Positions 23,526 through 33,568 are shown, counted from the first letter of the whole stretch. The stretch is DNA of 61,939 nt, filler included, from 2 parts of 2 records of this genome joined end to end with filler, not necessarily neighbours in it; one strand, 5' to 3'. Notes: generated by a model not told the origin, from the sequence alone. Numbers and translations are program-made.

Positions 23526-24365
23526 ATGAATAAACTGGTCAAAAAAATACTACCTAAAGCAATAGGATTTTATATAAATGCCTTAGAATTGGTAAACCCA
23601 AAAGCTTCAGCAAGAAAAGCCTTCAAGGTTTTTAGTAAACCGCGCCGGGGACGCATTGGAGCGCATCACGAAGAATTTTTAAACCCTAATCTAGAGCCTG
23701 TTGTTGCAGTTGAAGATTTAAAAATTCAACCCTATAAATGGTCTGGTAGTGGCAAAACCGTTCTATTAGTACACGGTTGGGAAAGTCACAGTCACCGCTG
23801 GAAAGAAATGATTTTTAGGCTACAAAAAGAAGACTATACCATCATTGCTTTTGACGCGCCTGCTCACGGTTACAGTAGCGGAAAATACTTTTATGTTCCG
23901 CTATATCACCAAACCCTAGACAAAATGCTTGAGATCTATCGTCCTGATTATCTTATTGGTCATTCAATGGGCGGCATGACCGTGTTGTATAATCAATCAC
24001 AAGAATCCAGCATAAAAACAGAAAAACTGGTGATTCTGGGAGCTCCTGATAAACTAGAAAGCATATTGAAAGACTATCAGAAAATCCTAGGCCTCAACGC
24101 CAGAGCACTACAAGCTTTAGACAGGTTTTTTCAAAAGACCTTTGATTTTAAAACGCGTGACTTTTCATCTTCGGTGTTTGCGACAAAAATAAAAGTGCCT
24201 ACTTTGGTAATCCACGACAAAGAAGATCCTATCACTCCTTTTTCGGGTTCTCAAGCCATTCACAAAGCACTACAAAAATCTCAATTTATAGAAACCGAAG
24301 GTCTCAACCACTCGCTCTACGACACTGATGTCAATGAAAAAATCATCACCTTCTTGAAGGATTAA
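23526..24365 (+). CDS. Alpha/beta hydrolase
   Basis: VHGWES, DAPAHG, GHSMGG, HDKED, GLNH; ATG 23526 follows a hairpin at 23499-23525. Confidence 0.9.
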   Translation: MNKLVKKILPKAIGFYINALELVNPKASARKAFKVFSKPRRGRIGAHHEEFLNPNLEPVVAVEDLKIQPYKWSGSGKTVLLVHGWESHSHRWKEMIFRLQKEDYTIIAFDAPAHGYSSGKYFYVPLYHQTLDKMLEIYRPDYLIGHSMGGMTVLYNQSQESSIKTEKLVILGAPDKLESILKDYQKILGLNARALQALDRFFQKTFDFKTRDFSSSVFATKIKVPTLVIHDKEDPITPFSGSQAIHKALQKSQFIETEGLNHSLYDTDVNEKIITFLKD

Positions 24366-24392
24366 TTCGGTTTTAATTTTACCTTAAACACT

Positions 24393-25190
24393 ATGTCAGA
24401 CGCTAATGTTACTCGTATAAATAAATTCCTCAGCGAAGTAGGTTTTTGTTCGCGCCGCGAGGCAGACAAACTTATTGATGCCGGTCGCATTACCGTAAAC
24501 GGAAGCGTTCCTGAAATGGGAACTAAAGTAAGCAGCGCTGATGAGATCAAGGTTGATGGCAAAGTCGTAGGTGAGAAAAAAGATGCCCCGGTGTATCTTA
24601 TCTTCCACAAACCTGTAGGTATTGTTTGCACTACAGATACTCGTGTGGAAAAGGACAACATCATTGATTACATCAATTACCCCACTCGAATATTTCCGAT
24701 AGGGAGATTAGATAAAGCCAGTGAAGGTCTTATATTTCTGACAAATGACGGGGACATCGTTAATAAAATTCTTCGTGCTCGTAACAACCACGACAAAGAA
24801 TATATCGTGGATGTTGATAAGCCTATAGATGCTTCTTTTGTAAAACGAATGTCTGACGGCATCCCAATTTTGGACACGATCACCCGCAAATGCGAGGTAG
24901 AACAACTGTCGAAAAAGCGCTTTAAAATTATCTTGACACAAGGCCTTAATAGGCAAATACGTCGCATGTGCGAATATTTGGGGTATAATGTTACGCGTCT
25001 AAAACGGGTGCGCATTATGAATATTAGTTTAGATATCCCGGTAGGAAAATACAGAGCTTTTAAACCTTCGGAATTGAGAGAGCTCAACAATCTTTTAGCA
25101 GACAGCAGTAAAGTCTTTGAGCCGGAACAAGAGACCGGTAAAAAACCGGCAATCAAACCTTCTGAACCTCGACGCCGACGCCGTAATTAA
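24393..25190 (+). CDS. rluF: 23S rRNA pseudouridine synthase (RluF-type)
   Basis: S4 domain CSRREAD, GRLDKASEG, QGLNRQIRRM. Confidence 0.88.
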   Translation: MSDANVTRINKFLSEVGFCSRREADKLIDAGRITVNGSVPEMGTKVSSADEIKVDGKVVGEKKDAPVYLIFHKPVGIVCTTDTRVEKDNIIDYINYPTRIFPIGRLDKASEGLIFLTNDGDIVNKILRARNNHDKEYIVDVDKPIDASFVKRMSDGIPILDTITRKCEVEQLSKKRFKIILTQGLNRQIRRMCEYLGYNVTRLKRVRIMNISLDIPVGKYRAFKPSELRELNNLLADSSKVFEPEQETGKKPAIKPSEPRRRRRN

Positions 25191-25307
25191 GCCTCAACGG
25201 CTCCCCATCATTTTAGCACAATTCCTGTAAACATTTAAACCTGTGTTAATGACACGGGCTAAGTGTATTAATCGCCTTACTTTTAGGTTACAACCAAAAA
25301 TGATAGT

Positions 25308-25553
25308 ATGGCAGCCCAAATTCCTTCAGTAAAAAACGAAGAACAATATGAAGCCTTGCGCGACAAAGGCTATAGCAAAGAAAAATCTGCACGTATTGCT
25401 AATACTCCAGACTCCGGTAAAAAAGGAGGAAAAGCTGAAAAGTATGAAGACCGCACCAAACAAGACCTCTATAAGCAAGCGCAAAAAGTAGGTATTGAAG
25501 GTAGGTCAAAAATGACTAAACAAGAACTGATCAAAGCTTTACGTAATAATTAA
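25308..25553 (+). CDS. Small basic protein with a Rho-N-like C-terminal motif
   Basis: [19 protein letters not shown] and [16 protein letters not shown]. Confidence 0.8.
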   Translation: MAAQIPSVKNEEQYEALRDKGYSKEKSARIANTPDSGKKGGKAEKYEDRTKQDLYKQAQKVGIEGRSKMTKQELIKALRNN

Positions 25554-25563
25554 AACAAACCTT

Positions 25564-25983
25564 ATGCCTGCTCCTTTTCATCTGGCCATTCCTGTAGACG
25601 ATGTCGAAAAAGCCCGAAGATTTTATCGTGATGTACTCGAACTTGAAGAAGGGAGAAGCGACACCCATTGGGTCGACTTTGACTTCTTTGGGCATCAATT
25701 GGTAATTCACTATAAACCGAAAGAAGAAAAAGCTGCTGCGCATCATAATGCCGTAGATGGTAAGGCGGTTCCTGTACCGCACTTTGGAGTAGTTTTAGAC
25801 TGGGATGCTTTTGAACAGTTCGCCGATACCCTAAGAGCTAAAAAGGTTGAATTTGTAATTGAGCCTTACATCAGGTTTGAAGGACTACCCGGTGAACAAG
25901 CTACTATGTTTTTTTACGATCCTTGCGGCAATGCGCTTGAATTTAAAAGCTTTAAAGACCTCTCACAGTTATTTGCTAAATAA
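25564..25983 (+). CDS. VOC/glyoxalase-family protein
   Basis: [23 protein letters not shown]. Confidence 0.92.
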   Translation: MPAPFHLAIPVDDVEKARRFYRDVLELEEGRSDTHWVDFDFFGHQLVIHYKPKEEKAAAHHNAVDGKAVPVPHFGVVLDWDAFEQFADTLRAKKVEFVIEPYIRFEGLPGEQATMFFYDPCGNALEFKSFKDLSQLFAK

Positions 25984-27047
25984 TGAATAAACTTAAACCA
26001 GAACTCGTACGCCAACTTTTTTTAATTGTTCTCATCCTCTTTTTATTCATATTGATCGTAGAAGAGATGACTCCGTATTTATCCGGGGTTTTAGGTGCCA
26101 TCACACTTTATGTATTGCTGCGTAAGTTCTACAACTTTTTAGTCGTAAAACGCAAATGGAAAGAAGGCCTTGCGGCCGCTGTTGCGATGCTAGCTTCGTT
26201 TGTGGTGATACTGGTCCCCATTGGATTGACCGTGATGATGCTTACCAATAAAATTGGGAAAGCCGTGCGCAATTCTGAACGTGTGGTTGAAGTTGTTAAG
26301 CAACAAGTAGGCGTTTGGGAGGCAGACCTTGGCTTTAAAGTCAGTGAATCTATAGACACCAACTCCATTACAAGTTGGGTTTCTACTAACCTTCAAAACC
26401 TTGCCGGCGGCACCTTCAATGTATTTATCGCCATTGGTATTATGTATTTTATCTTGTACTACATGCTTATTAATAATGATAAAATGCACCAGTCGCTTTA
26501 TGCATTTATTCCGCTTAATAAAGAAAACATAGCCCGTATAGGTCACGAAAGTGTTGCCATGGTAAAAAGCAACGCATTAGGAATTCCGTTAGTCGCTTTG
26601 GCACAGGGTATTGTTGCGCTCATAGGATTTTTCATTTTCGGGGTTCCCGATCCCTTTTTCTGGTTTGTTATTACCGCTATTGGAAGTATGATTCCCTTTG
26701 TAGGCACTTTATTAGGTATCGTACCTGTTACCATTTTACTCATAGCCAGTGGCAACAACCTACAAGCTGTAGGGATTGCAATATATGGTCTTGTCGTTGT
26801 GGGCTCTACAGACAATTTGATTCGGCTTTATGTGTTGGAACGCTTAGCCAATGTACATCCGCTAGTAACGCTAATTGGTGTTATCGTCGGGGTACCTTTA
26901 TTTGGTTTTATAGGATTGATCTTTGGCCCCTTGCTAATAAGTTTATTTCTTTTAGTAGTAAAAATCTACAAACACGAATACGGCGATCCTGAACCTGAAA
27001 TCATCAATCAAATCATTCCGGATGTTTCAGAAAATCAAGAAGACTAA
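25983..27047 (+). CDS. AI-2E-family transporter
   Basis: Multi-TM; IPFVG, DNLIR, HPLVTLIGVIVG, GLIFGP. Confidence 0.9.
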   Translation: MNKLKPELVRQLFLIVLILFLFILIVEEMTPYLSGVLGAITLYVLLRKFYNFLVVKRKWKEGLAAAVAMLASFVVILVPIGLTVMMLTNKIGKAVRNSERVVEVVKQQVGVWEADLGFKVSESIDTNSITSWVSTNLQNLAGGTFNVFIAIGIMYFILYYMLINNDKMHQSLYAFIPLNKENIARIGHESVAMVKSNALGIPLVALAQGIVALIGFFIFGVPDPFFWFVITAIGSMIPFVGTLLGIVPVTILLIASGNNLQAVGIAIYGLVVVGSTDNLIRLYVLERLANVHPLVTLIGVIVGVPLFGFIGLIFGPLLISLFLLVVKIYKHEYGDPEPEIINQIIPDVSENQED

Positions 27048-27501
27048 TTTTCCACCAAAAGAAAAGCCGGTCCTGATCTGGGACGGAACGTGTGGTTTTT
27101 GTAAATATTGGGTCACCCGATGGAAAATGAAAACCAAAGACGCCATCGTCTATAAAACCTACCAAGACGCGCACAAAGACTTTCCTGATATTCCGTTGAA
27201 AGAATTTAAAAAAGCGAGTAGATTAATCGAGCTTGACGGAAGCATTTACAGTGGTCCAGATTCTGCTTATCGATGTTATACTTATAGTGATTCCATAAAA
27301 TGGAATGCGCACCGCTGGTATGTCAACAACCGAAGCTTTCAACGATTAAGTGATCAAGGGTATAACTTTATCGCCAAGCATCGCCCAGAGATGTTTAAAC
27401 TCACTAAACTGCTTTTTGGACCCAACCCCACAGACTTCAAACCCTATTGGGTATTTTATATTCTTGCAATTATTTTGCTGGTTTTTGCCGTTTTTCAATA
27501 A
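27022..27501 (+). CDS. DCC1/DUF393 thiol-disulfide oxidoreductase-like protein
   Basis: WDGTCGFC motif, YNFIAKHR. Confidence 0.85.
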   Translation: MFQKIKKTNFPPKEKPVLIWDGTCGFCKYWVTRWKMKTKDAIVYKTYQDAHKDFPDIPLKEFKKASRLIELDGSIYSGPDSAYRCYTYSDSIKWNAHRWYVNNRSFQRLSDQGYNFIAKHRPEMFKLTKLLFGPNPTDFKPYWVFYILAIILLVFAVFQ

Positions 27502-27581
27502 ATTGCCACTCAAGATTATAAGCTGCTTAAAATTTACGATTGAATTTTAAGTACTTTTTATTGAAGACCAAAAAACTATTT

Positions 27582-28322
27582 ATGCAAATACTGGGAGTAG
27601 ACGTAGGAGGAACCGGAATAAAAGGCGTTCCTGTAAATCTCGAAAAAGAAGAATATTTAGGCGAACGTTTTAGATTAGACACTCCCGTTCCTCGTGAACC
27701 CAAAGCCATGGTCAACACTATTGCCGAAGTTGTAAAACATTGGGACTGGAAAGGTCCGGTAGGTGTAGGTTTTCCAACGGTAATACATAAGGGTAAAGCG
27801 CTTGAACATGGTAATCTTGATAAATCCTGGTTAGGTGTTCAGGTAGATGATATGATTTCGCAGAAAATAGGCTTACCTGTAAATGTGATGAATGATGCTG
27901 ATGCTGCCGGCCTTGCAGAAATGGAGTTTGGTGTAGGCAAAGGCGTTGAAGGTCTCGTTATCGTAGTGACGGTGGGCACAGGTATAGGCAGTGGCGTTTT
28001 TTATAACGGCGAACTTATACCAAATTTTGAGTTGGGCCAGATGCGCTACAAAAAGAAGAAAATCATTGAAAAATACGCATCGCGCCGTGTGCGCCTTGAT
28101 AATAATATGAGTTTTAAAAAGTGGGGAAAACGCTTTAATAAATTCATACAACTTACCATGCAAGTTTCACAACCAGAAATGATCATCATAGGTGGTGGTG
28201 CCAGTAAAAACCTGGACGAATACATCAAATATTTAAAAACAGATGTACCTATCGTGGCGGCACACACCCGTAATCATGCGGGTATTATCGGAGCAGCATT
28301 AGGCGCAAGACATTTGCTTTAA
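27582..28322 (+). CDS. ppgK: ROK-family sugar kinase, polyphosphate glucokinase-like
   Basis: GVDVGGTGIKG, NDADAAGLAE, GTGIGSG, PNFELG, NHAGIIGAA. Confidence 0.8.
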   Translation: MQILGVDVGGTGIKGVPVNLEKEEYLGERFRLDTPVPREPKAMVNTIAEVVKHWDWKGPVGVGFPTVIHKGKALEHGNLDKSWLGVQVDDMISQKIGLPVNVMNDADAAGLAEMEFGVGKGVEGLVIVVTVGTGIGSGVFYNGELIPNFELGQMRYKKKKIIEKYASRRVRLDNNMSFKKWGKRFNKFIQLTMQVSQPEMIIIGGGASKNLDEYIKYLKTDVPIVAAHTRNHAGIIGAALGARHLL

Positions 28323-28436
28323 TTCCAAATTTCTCTAACAAAACTGCCTTAAGGCAATCGTTAAAGCATTGGTTGAAAAACGAATTTTCAATTTCAAGTC
28401 AAGCTTCAAAATATTTAACCCTTAGGCGGCGCCAAT

Positions 28437-28467
28437 AAAAAAAGAGGTCTTATAGACCTCTTTTTTT
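28437..28467. terminator. Bidirectional terminator between ppgK and folD
   Basis: AAAAAAAGAGGTCT-TAT-AGACCTCTTTTTTT. Confidence 0.9.
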
Positions 28468-28485
28468 ATTTTAGTACACCTACAA

Positions 28486-29373
28486 TTAAGATTGAAGATC
28501 GTTATGTCTTGCTCTAGCGAGCAAAGTATTCTTTAATAACATCGCGATCGTCATAGGTCCTACTCCACCCGGTACTGGCGTAATGAAATCTGCTTTTTTA
28601 CTTACCTCTGCAAAATCTACATCACCTGCGATTCGGTAACCGCGCTCTTTAGTTTCGTCTGGTACACGGGTAATTCCCACGTCGATAACCGTTACATTTT
28701 CCTTAACCATATCAGCCTTTAAAAACTCAGGAACTCCTAAGGCTGTAATAATGATATCTGCTTGCTTGGTAAGTTCTTCAAGATTTTTGGTGCGACTGTG
28801 CGTCAAGGTTACAGTGCTATCTCCAGGCCTTCCTTTCTGAGACATCAAAATACTCATAGGACGACCTACAATGTGACTACGACCAATTACAACAGTATGC
28901 TTTCCTGAAGTCTCTACGTTATAGCGTTTGAGTAATTCCATAATTCCAAACGGAGTTGCAGGTATAAAAACCGGCATATCTTGCGCCATTTTACCAAAGT
29001 TCGTTGGGTGAAACCCATCTACATCTTTGTCAGGATCTACAGCCAATAACACTTTTTGTTCGTCAATATGCTTTGGTAGCGGCAACTGAACAATATAACC
29101 ATCAATCTCGGGATTATTATTCAGTTTATTGATGTGATCCAAAAGTTCTTCTTCTGTGGTTTCTTCCGGCAATTGAATTAAGGTAGACTCAAAACCAATA
29201 CGCTCACAAGCACGCACTTTGCTCCCTACATAGGTCAAACTTGCGCCATCGTTACCTACCAAAACAGCAGCCAAATGAGGCACTTTCTCACCTCGTTCTT
29301 TCATCGCCTTTACTTCTTCGGCGATCTCGTTTTTTAAATCGTTACTGGTTTTCTTTCCGTCTAAGATTGTCAT
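28486..29373 (-). CDS. folD: Methylenetetrahydrofolate dehydrogenase/cyclohydrolase
   Basis: [34 protein letters not shown]. Confidence 0.98.
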   Translation of the reverse strand: MTILDGKKTSNDLKNEIAEEVKAMKERGEKVPHLAAVLVGNDGASLTYVGSKVRACERIGFESTLIQLPEETTEEELLDHINKLNNNPEIDGYIVQLPLPKHIDEQKVLLAVDPDKDVDGFHPTNFGKMAQDMPVFIPATPFGIMELLKRYNVETSGKHTVVIGRSHIVGRPMSILMSQKGRPGDSTVTLTHSRTKNLEELTKQADIIITALGVPEFLKADMVKENVTVIDVGITRVPDETKERGYRIAGDVDFAEVSKKADFITPVPGGVGPMTIAMLLKNTLLARARHNDLQS

Positions 29374-29380
29374 TTTATAT

Positions 29381-29413
29381 CAGTTGGCAGGAACAGTTGG
29401 CAGTAATCAGTTT
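29381..29413. repeat. CAGT-core microrepeat array (7,6,7,7 spacing) downstream of the four-helix-bundle gene
   Basis: CAGTTGG CAGGAA CAGTTGG CAGTAAT CAGTTT. Confidence 0.85.
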
Positions 29414-29772
29414 GAACCAAATTTTCCCGGATTATTGATCATATAGTTTATTAATTTACCTACTTCCTGACTTTTCTCAAGAGTAGCCAAATACATTTCC
29501 TTTGAAATATAATTACAAGCTGCTGCAAACTTTAACCACGTTTGCGTCTCTCCATTTTCAGCATCTCAATCAGTCAACTTACTTACAAAATGTTTCTGAT
29601 ACCTTCGTTTCCGGTAGGCTTCAGACATATTTGCACAGACAGCTCTGGATGATCTTCTTATTTGATCAGTAAGTGAATATTGCTCTTCTTTAGGAAAAGC
29701 TTTAGAGGTTTCGAAAATATTCATAGCTAAATCAAAAGCTTTCTGATATGCTAACAAATCTTCTACCCCCAT
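29407..29772 (-). pseudogene. Four-helix-bundle protein (23S rRNA IVS protein/Avd-like family) with one in-frame TGA
   Basis: LLAYQKAF, FPKEEQYSLTDQIRRSSRAVCANMSEAYRKR; the frame continues past TGA (29566-29568) as DAENGETQTWLKFAAACNYI...EVGKLINYMINNPGKFGSN to TGA at 29407-29409; 121 codons before the final stop. Confidence 0.85.
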
Positions 29773-29810
29773 AACTTCTATTTTTCATCAACAAATAAAG
29801 ACAGTCACAA

Positions 29811-29882
29811 ACTGCTTACTGAGACTGGCTACTGTAAACTGCAACTACCTACTGTAAACTGAGACTGCTCGCTGCAAGCTGC
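29811..29882. repeat. ACTG-core microrepeat array with a 20-nt higher-order period (6+7+7)
   Basis: ACTGAG ACTGGCT ACTGTAA / ACTGCA ACTACCT ACTGTAA / ACTGAG ACTGCTC GCTGCAA starting at 29818, 29838 and 29858. Confidence 0.9.
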
Positions 29883-29958
29883 TTAGCGCATTTGATTCAT
29901 CATCTGCATCATTTTGGCTCCGCCGCCACCTTGCATCATCTTCATCATTTTGCTCATT
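29883..29958 (-). CDS. ffh: Signal recognition particle protein, C-terminal fragment
   Basis: Translates MSKMMKMMQGGGGAKMMQMMNQMR*, the Met-rich M-domain tail; upstream of folD, the order I recall for Flavobacteriaceae. Confidence 0.8.
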
Positions 29959-30058
29959 NNNNNNNNNNNNNNNNNNNNNNNNNNNNNNNNNNNNNNNNNN
30001 NNTTAATTAATTAANNNNNNNNNNNNNNNNNNNNNNNNNNNNNNNNNNNNNNNNNNNN
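29959..30058. other. Artificial contig-joining spacer
   Basis: 44 N + TTAATTAATTAA (stops in all six frames) + 44 N; composition changes abruptly across it. Confidence 0.97.
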
Positions 30059-31309
30059 CATGGCCAGACACATGGAACAGCCCGGTTCACGCCATTCAAA
30101 ACCGGCCTCAACAAAGACCTTGTCCAGGCCTTCTTTCTCCGCCTGCTGCTTGACCAAGCCGGAGCCCGGCACCACCAATACCTGCTTGACGCTACCGGCC
30201 TTCTGACGGCCCTTGGCCACTTCCGCCGCGGCGCGCAAATCTTCGATGCGCGAATTCGTGCAAGACCCGATAAAGACCCGGTCCACCTTGATATCCGTCA
30301 CCGGCATGCCTGGCGTCAGGCCCATGTACTCATAAGCACGGGTCATGCCGGAGCGTTTGACTTCATCGCTCTCCGCCGCCGGGTCCGGCAAGTTGGCATC
30401 CACCGGCACCACCATTTCCGGGCTGGTGCCCCAGGACACTTGGGGCTTGATGTCCGCCGCATCAATGTTGACCTCCTCATCGAAGCGGGCATCGGCATCA
30501 GAGACCAGCGTACGCCAGTACGCTTCCGCCTTGTCCCAATCTGCACCCTGGGGTGCAAACGGGCGGCCTTTCACATAATCGATGGTCACATCATCCACCG
30601 CCACCATGCCCGCACGGGCGCCGGCTTCGATGGCCATGTTGCAGACCGTCATGCGCCCTTCCATGCTCAAGCTGCGCATGGCACTGCCCGCAAACTCAAG
30701 CGCATACCCGGTGCCGCCAGCGGTACCAATGACGCCAATGATGTGCAGCACCACGTCTTTCGCTGTCACGCCCGCGCCAAGCTCACCCTCAACCGAGACG
30801 CGCATGTTGTTCATTTTCTTGGCCACCAAGGTCTGGGTCGCCAATACATGCTCTACCTCACTGGTACCAATACCGTGAGCCAGGCAGGCCAAGGCACCGT
30901 TGGTAGAGGTGTGGGAGTCACCACAGACGACGGTCATGCCGGGCACGACGGCCCCCTGTTCCGGCGCCATCACGTGCACGATCCCCTGGCGCACATCACC
31001 AATTCCGAATTCAGTAATACCGAATTCACGGGTGTTGTCTTGCAGTGTCTGCACCTGAATCCGCGAGGTATCGTCAGCAATATCGGCGGCACTCTTGAAC
31101 GGCGTGGTCGGCACGTTGTGATCAATGGTGGCCACACTGGCACTGGTCCGCCACGGCTGACGGCCCGCCAGACGCAGGCCCTCAAACGCCTGCGGCGAGG
31201 TCACCTCATGGATGATCTGGCGATCAATATAGATCAGCGCAGAGCCATCTTCGCGCTGGGTAACGAGGTGGGCTTCCCACAATTTGTCATAGAGGGTCTT
31301 GCCTGCCAT
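30059..31309 (-). CDS. leuC: 3-isopropylmalate dehydratase large subunit (3' end lost in gap)
   Basis: [38 protein letters not shown]. Confidence 0.98.
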
Positions 31310-31364
31310 GCCTTTCTCCTGAACCGTAGCGTAGTGCCGCAGCGTATTGTCACAACTACAGGCG

Positions 31365-31394
31365 GGTTTCTCACTGGGGCTGGTTTCTCACTGG
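31365..31394. repeat. 13-bp direct repeat upstream of leuC
   Basis: GGTTTCTCACTGG at 31365 and 31382. Confidence 0.8.
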
Positions 31395-31496
31395 TAATTA
31401 ATGTAGAACTACGCCATCAATAAATCCAATTCATATTTTTCATTTTTAAGATAACCAATTATTATCCCCCGTACCGACACTGTGGATGCCCCGGGA

Positions 31497-32372
31497 ATGA
31501 TCGATACCCCAACGCTAACCGCCTTTATGGCCGTTGCCGAAACCGGCTCATTTTCTGCCGCGGCTGAGCGCCTCTACATCACTCAGCCCGCCATCAGCAA
31601 GCGGATTGCCCTGCTGGAACAACAGCTTGAGGCCCGCCTGTTTGACCGCGTAGGTCGCCAGATCCAGTTGACCGAAGCCGGCCGCTCACTGCTGCCACGG
31701 GCACGCCAGGTACTGATGGACGTGGAAGACATGGCCCGCGCCATCCACGATCTGTCCGGGGAAGTGGGCGGTAAATTGCGAATCGGCACCAGCCACCATA
31801 TTGGACTGCACAGATTGCCGCCGGTTCTACGCCAGTTTTCCCGGGATTACCCGCTGGTGAAACTGGATATCCATTTCATTGATTCCGAAGAAGCCTGGGA
31901 AGGCGTATTGCACGGGGAGCTGGAAATGGGGGTGGTCACCCTGCCACCACAACCGGATGAGCGCCTGCACAGCGAGGTGATCTGGAACGATCCACTGGTG
32001 TTCATGTGCGCCCCGGAGCACCCACTAGCCAAGCAGGAAAACCTGACCCTGGAAGCCTTCACCGATCACAGTGCCATCCTGCCTTCACCAGTCACCTTTA
32101 CCCGCGGTATCGTGGAGCGGCTGTTTGATGAGCACAACCTGAAGCTGGATATCGCCATGTCCACCAACTACCTGGAGACCATTCACATGATGGTGTCCAT
32201 CGGTCTGGGCTGGAGCGTATTGCCCGCCACCATGGTAGATCGAGGCATGGTGCAGCTACCCGTGGACGCTCCGCTTCCACAGCGCCAACTCGGCGTCGTC
32301 ACGCATCCGGCCCGCAGCCAGTCCAACGCGGCAAAAGCCTTCCTGCGCGCCCTGCGCAGCCAGATTGTCTGA
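31497..32372 (+). CDS. LysR-family transcriptional regulator divergent from leuC
   Basis: HTH SFSAAAERLYITQPAISKRIALLE, LFDR, LTEAG. Confidence 0.95.
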   Translation: MIDTPTLTAFMAVAETGSFSAAAERLYITQPAISKRIALLEQQLEARLFDRVGRQIQLTEAGRSLLPRARQVLMDVEDMARAIHDLSGEVGGKLRIGTSHHIGLHRLPPVLRQFSRDYPLVKLDIHFIDSEEAWEGVLHGELEMGVVTLPPQPDERLHSEVIWNDPLVFMCAPEHPLAKQENLTLEAFTDHSAILPSPVTFTRGIVERLFDEHNLKLDIAMSTNYLETIHMMVSIGLGWSVLPATMVDRGMVQLPVDAPLPQRQLGVVTHPARSQSNAAKAFLRALRSQIV

Positions 32373-32401
32373 ACAAAAGGCAGGCGGCTGACCCCAGCCG
32401 C

Positions 32402-33547
32402 CTACCGTGGCGACCGGGTAGCACCGCCGGCAATCAAAAGCGAAGCCGCCACCGCTGCCACCGCCGACGCCACAAAAAACAGCAGCACGCCCCATTGCTC
32501 CCACAGCAACCCCGACAAGCCAGCTCCGGCAGCCCAACCGGCCCCAAAGCCCAGGCTGGAGTACAACGCCTGCCCCTGACCCGCCAGCGCTTCCCCAAAC
32601 TGACGGTGCACCCAGGCAATACTAGCCGCATGGAAACTGCCAAAGCTGGCCGCATGCAGCAGCTGGGCCAGTGCCAGCAGCCACAGGGAATCGCCAGCGA
32701 CACCAATCATCAGCCAGCGCAGCGATGCCAACAGCAAACTGGCGACCAGAAGCCAGGGAATATGAAAGCGTGCCAGCAGGCGATGCATGACCAGGAACAA
32801 CCCTACTTCCGCCACGACGCCCAGGGACCACAACAAACCGACAATAAATTTGCTGAAGCCCAGAGCCTCCAGATAGATGCTGTAAAAGGTGTAATACGGC
32901 CCGTGGGACAGCTGCATCAGGAAAGCCGCCACCAGAAACAGACTGACCGCCGGGTGACACAGAATCTGCCACACCGATTCCCCCTGCTCCCCGGCTTGCG
33001 CTCGCGGGGCATTGCCCGCGGGCAGGGTCAGCGTTCCCAGCCAGAGTAGCCACAACAGGCCGCTGAGCACCCAGGGCAGCACTCCCGTGCCCACCCGGTC
33101 GAGGACTTCGCCGAGCACCAGCACCGCCACGATAAAGCCCACCGAGCCCCACAGCCGCACATGGCTGTAGCGGTGTGACTGGCGCCCCAGAGATTGCAGT
33201 GTGAGCACTTCGAACTGCGCCAACACCGCATTCCAGAAGAAGCTGAAAGACACCAGTAACGCGGCCATGGACCAGAATGTGTCCACCCAGAACACGGGCA
33301 GAAATACGATGGCCGCCAGCAGGTTACCGGCACGAATGATACGCAGGCGCTGACCGCTACGATCAGCAAGCCAGCCCCACAGATTCGGAGCGCCGATTTT
33401 GGTGAGCTGGGGAATGGCCATCAAACCGCCGATGGCGGCCGCACTGAAGCCCAGGTCTTTCAGGTACAGAGACCAATACGGCACCAGGGTGCCGAGCAGG
33501 CCGAAGTAAAAAAAGTAGAAGCCGGAAAGGCGCCAGTAATAGGGCAT
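32402..33547 (-). CDS. MFS transporter (HcaT-like)
   Basis: Multi-TM; GWLADRSG, VRLWGSVGF, SHGPYYTF, LHAASFG. Confidence 0.9.
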   Translation of the reverse strand: MPYYWRLSGFYFFYFGLLGTLVPYWSLYLKDLGFSAAAIGGLMAIPQLTKIGAPNLWGWLADRSGQRLRIIRAGNLLAAIVFLPVFWVDTFWSMAALLVSFSFFWNAVLAQFEVLTLQSLGRQSHRYSHVRLWGSVGFIVAVLVLGEVLDRVGTGVLPWVLSGLLWLLWLGTLTLPAGNAPRAQAGEQGESVWQILCHPAVSLFLVAAFLMQLSHGPYYTFYSIYLEALGFSKFIVGLLWSLGVVAEVGLFLVMHRLLARFHIPWLLVASLLLASLRWLMIGVAGDSLWLLALAQLLHAASFGSFHAASIAWVHRQFGEALAGQGQALYSSLGFGAGWAAGAGLSGLLWEQWGVLLFFVASAVAAVAASLLIAGGATRSPR

Positions 33548-33568
33548 GAAAGAGGAACCTTGCTCTTG

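Noticed and set aside
29407-29772. Diversity-generating retroelement (Avd-like gene)
   Set aside because: No reverse transcriptase or TR/VR pair is visible, and the flanks are ffh and folD.
29811-29882. CRISPR array
   Set aside because: Units are 6-7 nt with no unique spacers, and there are no cas genes.
30003-30014. TTAATTAATTAA as a biological site, and the leuC ORF ending at 30011
   Set aside because: This is linker sequence; the stop is artificial.
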